The notes under the pieces were generated by a model, which was not told the DNA's origin, searched no databases, and worked only from the letters and a program-made list of their open reading frames with translations. Source: Minisyncoccota bacterium (GTDB taxonomy: Bacteria; Patescibacteriota; Minisyncoccia; Phycocordibacterales; Phycocordibacteraceae). Taken from it: a DNA stretch of 64,000 bases. The stretch lies in contig JBDSUM010000007.1 in assembly GCA_039927695.1 (NCBI GenBank), positions 11,700-75,699 on the forward strand, given 5' to 3'. Shown here piece by piece: positions 56,533-64,000 of this stretch; the first letter of the stretch is position 1; each line of letters starts with the position of its first letter. Position numbers and translations under genes: made by a program.

Positions 56533-57135
56533 ATGGAATTTGTAACGCATTTTCATATATTCCTTACTTTACTTTTTAGCCTGATTTGGGTTGGCATTAC
56601 CGCATATCTTCGGCTGAAGAAAAAGAAGAGTTACGTATACCTCCTATTCTTCACACTATTCTATGTGTATCTCTTTAAGGTTCTGGATTACACCTTATTC
56701 CAATATCAATCACTGCTTTTCCTAAAGCATTTTATGCCAAACCTTATTCTGCGAGGACAAGAAGCAGGGAAGGCTTTAAATCTCATTCCTCTCGCTACCC
56801 TCACTCTCGCAGATCTCAAAACATCACTTTTAAATATTCTGTTACTTGTTCCTTTTGGGTTCGGATTGCCATTCATTATGGATTCCCGTATGAAGAAAGT
56901 AATTATCATTGGAGCTCTCTTTAGTATCGGCATCGAACTCCTGCAGCTGATAACCGGAATCATGGGAAAGATGACATTCCGAGTCGCTGACATCAATGAT
57001 GTGATATTTAATATTGTTGGCGCCGTCGTTGGCTATGCTCTATTCCTTGTATTCATGTATTTGTTTCACCGCATATTTCCGAATGGGAAGGCAATAACGA
57101 ATCCAATCTTGCGATATATTGCTGAACGAGGGTAG
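56533..57135 (+). CDS. VanZ-family membrane protein
   Basis: NILLLVPFG, IELLQ, R.ADINDVIFN..G. Confidence 0.88.
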   Translation: MEFVTHFHIFLTLLFSLIWVGITAYLRLKKKKSYVYLLFFTLFYVYLFKVLDYTLFQYQSLLFLKHFMPNLILRGQEAGKALNLIPLATLTLADLKTSLLNILLLVPFGFGLPFIMDSRMKKVIIIGALFSIGIELLQLITGIMGKMTFRVADINDVIFNIVGAVVGYALFLVFMYLFHRIFPNGKAITNPILRYIAERG

Positions 57136-57159
57136 ATGACCTTGTGATAGTATTTCTAC

Positions 57160-57804
57160 ATGAAGAAGCTCTATTTCGTTCGACACGCCGAGAGCGAAGG
57201 GAATATAAGTGCAGTTCAGCAAGGCCCAGATACGCCGTTGTCAGAGCAAGGTTTTGAGCAAGCTATGCGTATTGCTGAGCGGTTTAGGGATATTGGAATC
57301 GACCGCGTAATCTCAAGTCCACAGACACGAGCAAAATATACTGCAGAGGCAATCTCTAGCGTTATAAAGATAGAAAAAGATATCGAATATTCAGAATTAC
57401 TCATAGAGAGAAAGAGACCATCAGTAGTCATAGGAATGAACAGAAACAGCTCAGAGTTTGCTGCAATTGAAGACTTGATACGGGATAATTTTCACACACT
57501 TGAATGGAAGCATTCTGATGAAGAAAATTTCCTCGATCTAAAAGCTCGAGCGGCAAAACTTCTCGAGTACTCAGAATCTTTAGAGGAAGAAAATATTCTT
57601 ATGGTTTCGCACGGTGTTTTCATTACTATGGTGACTGCGTATTCTATTTTTGGTGAAGCCTTAACTTCACAAGAATACTGGACACTATTTGCAGGCACCG
57701 AACATAGTAATACTGGTATAACAGTAATAAAACAGTCAAAGTTTAAGAATGATCCAATTCGATGGAAGCTTCTTACCTGGAACGATCATGCTCATCTCGG
57801 ATAA
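57160..57804 (+). CDS. Histidine phosphatase
   Basis: FVRHAES, SSP.TRA..TA, VSHG, N...HL. Confidence 0.92.
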   Translation: MKKLYFVRHAESEGNISAVQQGPDTPLSEQGFEQAMRIAERFRDIGIDRVISSPQTRAKYTAEAISSVIKIEKDIEYSELLIERKRPSVVIGMNRNSSEFAAIEDLIRDNFHTLEWKHSDEENFLDLKARAAKLLEYSESLEEENILMVSHGVFITMVTAYSIFGEALTSQEYWTLFAGTEHSNTGITVIKQSKFKNDPIRWKLLTWNDHAHLG

Positions 57805-57810
57805 CTTTTT

Positions 57811-58806
57811 ATGTCACTCGAACAACCTAATTCCTATAACAAACTACCTGCTGGGCATGAAGCAGTGATTCAGTATCGTCCAAAGTTTATTGCACGAGGA
57901 GGAGACCATCTTGTATATGAAACAGAAGGTCACCCCGATACGGTAATTAAAGCTTCAACGTTTAAGTTAAAAGATATCTTGATGGATAACGCAGAGCGAG
58001 GACAACCACTCGATGATATCTCTGACGAAATGCGTTCTGCTTTGGAGCAGGAATTAGAAGAAAAGAACGCTCAGATACGCTTATACCGAGAATACTTTGG
58101 AGCTAAGCACACTCTTTCAGAACGGCGATACCTTATGCAAGTGCCCATCTCACCGGAAATTATTGAAGAGATATATAAAAAAGATTGGACATATCGCGTA
58201 CCACCTCAGGGTATTGAGAATATTCAGAGCGCCTGGACGGCCGCGGTAATACAGAAAAAGGCACCACAAATTTCTGATCCAAACCATCTTCAATTTTCCT
58301 TTGGAGGTTTTGTTGAAGAACGTACAGTGAAGCCAGATTCAAACGAATACGCAAAACTCAATGATGCTTTTCTTGGTAAGGAAACAATTACACCCGAAGA
58401 CTTAGAACTCTTCTTTAAGATTCAAGACAATCCTGAAATTCACGCTCTGTCTGATCTTCTTGCTAAGGCGGAAGCAGAACCTGCACTGAAAGAAGCAATT
58501 AAAGATTTTATAGGAAAATCTATTATATTTGCTAATGAGACAGGAAATATTTTAGCGTTAGCAGGGGAAGACAACGTGATTCTGTATCCCCAAGATGATA
58601 CCTGGAGTTTTCTCTTGGTTGACGCCATACCTTTGTATAATCAACCGTTATACCAAGAAGCAAAAGAAATACTTATTCGTGAACGAAAGGGAGAAGTGTT
58701 GAATAAGGAAGAGACGGGCTTTTTAACGAGAGGCTATAACTTTGTAAGAACCATGAATGGTCTTGCCGCAGCGCTCGGAATGACGGAAAGATTGCAGCTT
58801 CCGTAA
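57811..58806 (+). CDS. Hypothetical protein, possibly kinase-like fold
   Basis: 331-aa ORF; GGDH.VY...VIK...L.G.DNV...LVD. Confidence 0.7.
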   Translation: MSLEQPNSYNKLPAGHEAVIQYRPKFIARGGDHLVYETEGHPDTVIKASTFKLKDILMDNAERGQPLDDISDEMRSALEQELEEKNAQIRLYREYFGAKHTLSERRYLMQVPISPEIIEEIYKKDWTYRVPPQGIENIQSAWTAAVIQKKAPQISDPNHLQFSFGGFVEERTVKPDSNEYAKLNDAFLGKETITPEDLELFFKIQDNPEIHALSDLLAKAEAEPALKEAIKDFIGKSIIFANETGNILALAGEDNVILYPQDDTWSFLLVDAIPLYNQPLYQEAKEILIRERKGEVLNKEETGFLTRGYNFVRTMNGLAAALGMTERLQLP

Positions 58807-58843
58807 GACTTTTACCGACTAAACAATTTGTTACAATTTACAT

Positions 58844-59197
58844 ATGGAAAAGAAAACAGGCGGATGCCAATGCAAGAAACTGCAGTATGAAGCGGAGATA
58901 GATCTTACGCAGCCAGTAATCGAGTGTAACTGCTCTATATGCCAAGGGAAGGGTATGCTCCTAGCTTTTATCCCAGAAGAGAAGATGACTGTCTTGTCTG
59001 GAGAAGAATTACTTACTGAATATCGATTCAATACAGGAAATATTGCTCATCTATTCTGTAGCGTGTGTGGTGTTCAAGCGTTTGCACGTGCGACTAGTCC
59101 TGCAGGAGAACCAACCTATGCAGTTAATGTGCGCACTATCGATGGTATTGATTTAGACTTACTAAACCGTATGCCGTTCGATGGTAGAAGCAGATAA
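58844..59197 (+). CDS. GFA/CENP-V family protein
   Basis: GGCQC, CNCSIC, HLFCSVCG, VNVR. Confidence 0.92.
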   Translation: MEKKTGGCQCKKLQYEAEIDLTQPVIECNCSICQGKGMLLAFIPEEKMTVLSGEELLTEYRFNTGNIAHLFCSVCGVQAFARATSPAGEPTYAVNVRTIDGIDLDLLNRMPFDGRSR

Positions 59198-59210
59198 TTA
59201 TATTTATTGT

Positions 59211-60113
59211 ATGCAAAAAATAGTCCCACACCTCTGGTTTGATACACAGGCTAAAGAAGCGGCAGAGTTCTATGTCTCGGCATTCGAGAACTCTAAGATT
59301 ACGACTGATAAAACACTGAAGGATACACCGTCAGGAGATACACAGCTCGTTGGTTTTGACCTCGCAGGATATTCATTCATGGCGATAAGTGCAGGACCTA
59401 TCTTCACGCTTAATCCGTCAATATCGTTCATGGTGAACTTTGATCCTTCGCGTGATGAGAAGGCACAAGAACATCTAGAGCAATTGTGGGCAAAGCTATC
59501 TGAAGGCGGCAAGACGCTCATGCCGCTGCAGGAGTATCCGTTTAGTAAGCTGTATGGCTGGACCAATGATACGTTCGGTGTGTCGTGGCAGCTTATGCTC
59601 ACGAATCCTGAAGGAGAAGAACGTCCATTCATTATTCCATCGCTCATGTTTACACAAGGCGTCAATGGAAAGAGCGAGGAAGCCACTAACTTCTATATTG
59701 AAACATTCAAGAACGCACGGCGCGGTACTATTATGCACTACCCAGCTGGGAGCGACCCTGCTATGGAAGGAAAAGTCATGTTCACTGACTTCCAATTAGA
59801 AGGGCAGTGGTTCACGGCAATGGACGGTGGCTTAGCACACGACTTTGTTTTTAACGAAGCCCTATCGCTCGTTGTTAAGTGTGATTCTCAAGAAGAGATT
59901 GATTACTACTGGGAGAAGCTCTCAGCAGTTCCTGAATCAGAACAATGTGGCTGGCTCAAAGATGCATATGGTGTGTCGTGGCAGATCACTCCAAGTCGAA
60001 TGGATGACATGATGCGTGAAGGTACTCCTGAGCAAATTGCGCGCGTTACACAAGCATTTCTTAAAATGAAGAAGTTCGATTTGGCTGCTCTCGAGGAAGC
60101 GTATCAAGGCTAA
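59211..60113 (+). CDS. Tandem VOC/PhnB-like protein
   Basis: Two W..D.(F/Y)GVSWQ units; start moved to ATG 59211. Confidence 0.92.
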   Translation: MQKIVPHLWFDTQAKEAAEFYVSAFENSKITTDKTLKDTPSGDTQLVGFDLAGYSFMAISAGPIFTLNPSISFMVNFDPSRDEKAQEHLEQLWAKLSEGGKTLMPLQEYPFSKLYGWTNDTFGVSWQLMLTNPEGEERPFIIPSLMFTQGVNGKSEEATNFYIETFKNARRGTIMHYPAGSDPAMEGKVMFTDFQLEGQWFTAMDGGLAHDFVFNEALSLVVKCDSQEEIDYYWEKLSAVPESEQCGWLKDAYGVSWQITPSRMDDMMREGTPEQIARVTQAFLKMKKFDLAALEEAYQG

Positions 60114-60143
60114 GTAGAAGGAAACAACTCAATTAATAAAGAA

Positions 60144-60170
60144 AAGACCCATCGCAGTGCGATAGGTCTT
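60144..60170. terminator. Hairpin between convergent genes
   Basis: AAGACCCATCGC-AGT-GCGATAGGTCTT. Confidence 0.65.
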
Positions 60171-60194
60171 AAGGTTTCGGTAGCCGTGGTGCGG

Positions 60195-60848
60195 CTAGTC
60201 GAAGAGTTCGAAGGTTGCTGGCACCATCCTAGTGGTGTCGAAGGTAACGAGGAACGCGCCGGCTTCGACCATGTTGAGGCCGTCGAGGAACGCCGAGACT
60301 TCCTCGGTGTATGGGGAGACCGTCTCGGTTCCCTCATACAACATGACGTCTACGAGACCCTCCACAGCCAGCGGTGTGAAAACCGCGTGGCCGGCGACGA
60401 GAATTGTTTTATCATCGCCACTAGTTATGCGTTCAGCAATCGTGATGCCGGCCTCGCTGCCCAACCTCTCGACCGGGCTATCCTTCCAACCGGTTTTATG
60501 TCGTTGGTTAAGCTCGTGCTCCTTATACGCCGACGGGGGTGCATAGGCGAGGTCGGAGAAAAGCTTCCCCAAGATTTCGCCATCCCTCCCTTCGGGTGTG
60601 AATAGTTCATCGAGGAGTGTGAAGTCACGGCGTGATTTGCATGTGACTAATTCAAGCGTCTCGATCACTCGCTCTGCGATTGAACAGAAGAGATGGTCGA
60701 AGGTGATCCCTTCGAGGGTCTTGCGTCGACGTTCGGCCTGGCTGTAGCCAAGCTGGCTGAGTCCGCGGTGGATATCATCCTCCCGCAATGTGCCAATAGG
60801 TGGCACAGCATTGGCATGACGCAGTCCGATTACTTGTATGATGGCCAT
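60195..60848 (-). CDS. Histidine phosphatase (SixA-like)
   Basis: LRHA, R.LS..G..QA, S...R..ET, LVAGH; GGGAG RBS before ATG 60848. Confidence 0.8.
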   Translation of the reverse strand: MAIIQVIGLRHANAVPPIGTLREDDIHRGLSQLGYSQAERRRKTLEGITFDHLFCSIAERVIETLELVTCKSRRDFTLLDELFTPEGRDGEILGKLFSDLAYAPPSAYKEHELNQRHKTGWKDSPVERLGSEAGITIAERITSGDDKTILVAGHAVFTPLAVEGLVDVMLYEGTETVSPYTEEVSAFLDGLNMVEAGAFLVTFDTTRMVPATFELFD

Positions 60849-60992
60849 GAGGCTCCCTCTTTTCAAGTTACAATGGCTTCCGTCGCATGACGGAAGATGA
60901 CTATAATATGACAGAATACATATGTATTGTCAAATTACTCTAATATGCCATACTCAGTTGCATCAAGCATGCTTTAATTATAAAAAGCGTAT

Positions 60993-63900
60993 ATGGAGCT
61001 ACTTAAACCCTTCAACCAGATAGGCAAGGACGATGCCGCGATTGCCGGTGGGAAAGGTGCTTCTTTGGGTGAGATGACCCAAGCCGGTATACCAGTTCCT
61101 CCGGGCTTTGTCATTCTTGCTGACGCATTCGAACGCTTTATCATAGAGACCAATCTAACGATTGAGATTGATTCAATCTTAAGCAAAGTCGATCACCGGG
61201 AAATGCATACGGTTGAGCACGCATCGGAAACCATTCAAGGTTTAATTCTAAACGTAGAGATGCCTGCCGATCTAAAAGAAGAGATCGAGAAGTCATTCAA
61301 AGAACTCAATACAGAATTTGTTGCTGTTCGTTCAAGTGCTACAGCCGAAGACGGAGTAGAGGCTGCGTGGGCAGGACAACTTGATACTTTTTTAAATACC
61401 ACTGAAGAAACATTACTCGAGAATGTCCGTGAATGCTGGGCTTCTCTTTTTACACCACGTGCAATCTTCTATCGTTTCGAGAAGGGAATGAACCTTCAAA
61501 AGATTTCCGTGGCAGTTGTAGTGCAAAAGATGGTTAATAGCGATACCGCAGGTATCGCCTTTTCTGTTCATCCGGTAACTGAAGATCACAATCAAATGAT
61601 TATCGAAGCAGGTTTTGGTCTTGGCGAAGCGGTAGTCTCCGGACAAGTTACACCTGATAGCTACATAGTTACCAAAGAGCCACGAACAATCATTGAAAAG
61701 AATATTAGTGAGCAAGCACAAGGTTTGTACCGTAAAGCGGGCGGTGGCAACGAATGGAAAGAAATTTCAAAGGAAAAGGGTAGTTCACAAGTATTAACAG
61801 ATCAACAAATCCTTTCACTGGCAGAAATTCTTATTACCATTGAGAACCACTATGGCTTTCCCGTAGACACCGAGTGGGCAATGGAGAATGGTGAACTGTA
61901 CATCGTACAGAGCCGTCCGATTACGACGCTTTCAAATAATGTACCAGTAAAGGATTCCATAGTTAGAACTTTCTTGAAGGAAGTCAAGAACGACAAACTT
62001 ACCCTCATAGAAGCTGATTTTATTCCTGCGTTTATTGTTATCGATTGGCTTAACTACTATGACCAAGATGATTCGCTCAAAGATATTTATCCATTCTTTT
62101 ATTACAAGAATGGAGCGTCATCAAAAGTCTATTTAAATCTCACCAAATACCATGCAGTCGCCAAAATGATGCTTGGCCGGTATCTCGATGGCAAACTTGA
62201 TTTGAATGAATGGACGCAGCGATTCGTTGCCATTGAGAGACGCATAAATAAGTCGTATTTAGCTTATTTTAACGATCCAAAGACAGACGAAAAGAGTCTC
62301 TTGAGCCGTTTAGCAGAAGCTGACGAATTACTTCGAGAGATGGTTTCCCTAACGCTTTTCCTCGATATGTTTGATCGTTCAAATGTTGAGGACGTACTCC
62401 AGGAAAGGGATCTTCATATGCAATTGCAGAATATATGGGAAACCTCCGAGTTACAAGATTTCTCATCATTTGATCTGAAGAACAAAGAAGATATTTTGGA
62501 TGCTATAGCGAATAAAGAACAAAGCCTGTTGCAATATGTTTTCGCTAACTACACCTCAGTGCCTTCAGTCCACGAAGTAGAAAAGATAGTGAATGCCTAT
62601 AACATCGAAGAGCTATCAAAAGAAGTTTCTAACGCTAAAGAGAAGATTCAGAAAAATACTCTGCTAAAACAAGAAGCTAGACTAAAACTTAGTCCGAAAG
62701 AACAGGTCATACTTGCCTTTATTGATTGGGCTTCAGCGCTACGTGATCAACGTAAGGCATTGATGAATAAATGTGACGTGCTTCTCTTTAATCTCACAAG
62801 TGATCTATATAAGGTGTGGGATATTGATTCAACTCTTGTTCCTGACTCATTTGTTCTTGATACCTTGAAAGGTAAAGAACACGTACTTTCGCTGGTCGAG
62901 AGTATTAAAGGCCGTAAGAAAAAGATGGCACTTATTTACTACGGTAAGGATCGCTACGTAGAAGACGATAGTTTCCAGGATAACGATCTCATTGAACTCG
63001 ATACTCACTATCTTAATCAGAATAAATTAGAAGATCAGAACTTGATTAAAGGTGAGTCAGCATGCCGAGGTGTTGTGCGAGGAATAGTAAAGGTAATTAC
63101 AACTCAATCTGAGTTCGGGAAGCTCAAGGAAGGGGAGATTCTTGTAACAGGAATGACTCGTCCAGAATTCGTGCCACTTATGAAGCTTGCTTCAGCAATT
63201 GTTACAGATGAAGGTGGTATCACCTCACATGCGGCTATCGTATCTCGTGAGCTAAATAAACCCTGTGTAATTGGCACAAAGATTGCCACTCATATTTTGA
63301 AAGATGGTGACGAGGTAGAAGTGGATGCAAATAACGGCGTAATACGTATTTTAAAGAGCGACAGCACTTGGCTTAGTCACAAAGACTACATCCTAACATT
63401 CGAAGGGAAGGGCTTGCGTACATTACTCACCGAAATCGTCGGTGCAGGATACGTCCCGCTAGAATCAGTGATCTCCTACCAAGACGAAACATATAAGCAA
63501 TATTACTCACGCAAGCACATCGCAGAGATGAGTGAAATTGGAAAAGTATTCTTTGCTGATCCTAACGCCACACAAGACACCATCAGCGCACTCGAGAAGG
63601 AGTTTGAGAGTACGTCGGTTTTCTTTGAGAAGTTCAAGAGTGACGCACCTATTTCAGAAACTGATATTCAAACGCTCTTTGCTGTGTTCGTACGAATGAA
63701 TAAGCTCTATGGTAAATTCGACTTTGCCTATACTGATGCAGCCTATGAATTCTTGAGCGATAATCCTGTCGTTAAACAGAATCTAGATCTGGTTGAAGCT
63801 CACAAGAATCAATTGCGAGAAGAATACAATAAGATTCTTTTTGAAACAGGCAGCTTGTTCACACTCCTACTGGACAAGCTTTCAGCACAGTTTGGAGTTC

Positions 63901-64000
63901 CTGTTGATGATTTGCAGTGGTATTTGAGTACAGACCTCTTGAGCCTTTACAGTACAGGTCCACTCTCTAAAGAAAAACTTGATGGCCGTAAGCGTGGAAT
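60993..64000 (+). CDS. PEP-utilising enzyme (PPDK/PEP synthase N domain, helical domain, His swivel domain, further extension); 3' partial, absent from the ORF track
   Basis: AGGKGASLGEM, AVRSSA..ED, EAGFGLGE, QSRPIT, then in-frame TDEGGITSHAAIVSRE; no stop seen before the window end. Confidence 0.9.
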   Translation, partial: MELLKPFNQIGKDDAAIAGGKGASLGEMTQAGIPVPPGFVILADAFERFIIETNLTIEIDSILSKVDHREMHTVEHASETIQGLILNVEMPADLKEEIEKSFKELNTEFVAVRSSATAEDGVEAAWAGQLDTFLNTTEETLLENVRECWASLFTPRAIFYRFEKGMNLQKISVAVVVQKMVNSDTAGIAFSVHPVTEDHNQMIIEAGFGLGEAVVSGQVTPDSYIVTKEPRTIIEKNISEQAQGLYRKAGGGNEWKEISKEKGSSQVLTDQQILSLAEILITIENHYGFPVDTEWAMENGELYIVQSRPITTLSNNVPVKDSIVRTFLKEVKNDKLTLIEADFIPAFIVIDWLNYYDQDDSLKDIYPFFYYKNGASSKVYLNLTKYHAVAKMMLGRYLDGKLDLNEWTQRFVAIERRINKSYLAYFNDPKTDEKSLLSRLAEADELLREMVSLTLFLDMFDRSNVEDVLQERDLHMQLQNIWETSELQDFSSFDLKNKEDILDAIANKEQSLLQYVFANYTSVPSVHEVEKIVNAYNIEELSKEVSNAKEKIQKNTLLKQEARLKLSPKEQVILAFIDWASALRDQRKALMNKCDVLLFNLTSDLYKVWDIDSTLVPDSFVLDTLKGKEHVLSLVESIKGRKKKMALIYYGKDRYVEDDSFQDNDLIELDTHYLNQNKLEDQNLIKGESACRGVVRGIVKVITTQSEFGKLKEGEILVTGMTRPEFVPLMKLASAIVTDEGGITSHAAIVSRELNKPCVIGTKIATHILKDGDEVEVDANNGVIRILKSDSTWLSHKDYILTFEGKGLRTLLTEIVGAGYVPLESVISYQDETYKQYYSRKHIAEMSEIGKVFFADPNATQDTISALEKEFESTSVFFEKFKSDAPISETDIQTLFAVFVRMNKLYGKFDFAYTDAAYEFLSDNPVVKQNLDLVEAHKNQLREEYNKILFETGSLFTLLLDKLSAQFGVPVDDLQWYLSTDLLSLYSTGPLSKEKLDGRKRG

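Noticed and set aside
879-63289. Many short antisense or alternate-frame ORFs in the track (for example 3643, 12664, 17084, 35921, 40399, 60186, 61413)
   Set aside because: They overlap well-supported genes and show no recognisable motifs

Overview
Bacterial DNA in genetic code 11. The gene families and the many leaderless-type starts suggest Patescibacteria/CPR (Parcubacteria-like); this is an inference. About 1-42 kb reads as a stacked integration hotspot. It holds three related family A elements built around large serine recombinases (LSRs), carrying terminase pieces and defence cargo: CapH/CapP-like regulators with CBASS, a Dcm-ParB-SNF2-DUF3883 operon, a RecD-like helicase, and an EcoRI-family MTase with DUF262-HNH. 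It also holds one 4.3-kb family B element with an LSR, a phiX174-type rolling-circle Rep and a candidate nick site. The main unexplained structure is a 27-bp motif, GTTCGAATATCGTCCCAGACGGCCAGC, found in about 13 degenerate copies between genes, often with one gene between copies. Its right half resembles a tRNA-Gln 3' end. On the minus strand it encodes LAVWDDIRT, which continues in frame from the LLAV at the end of the family B recombinase. This suggests an integron-like cassette array written by a serine recombinase at a tRNA. One cassette region carries a SAM-I riboswitch in front of a gene of unknown function. About 42-64 kb holds an NrtR-regulated NAD salvage cluster, purB, a PLD, lysA, an alternative-oxidase-like protein, a large surface protein and a PEP-utilising enzyme that runs off the window. 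No complete tRNA, rRNA or CRISPR array was found. All calls were made by eye, without database searches.
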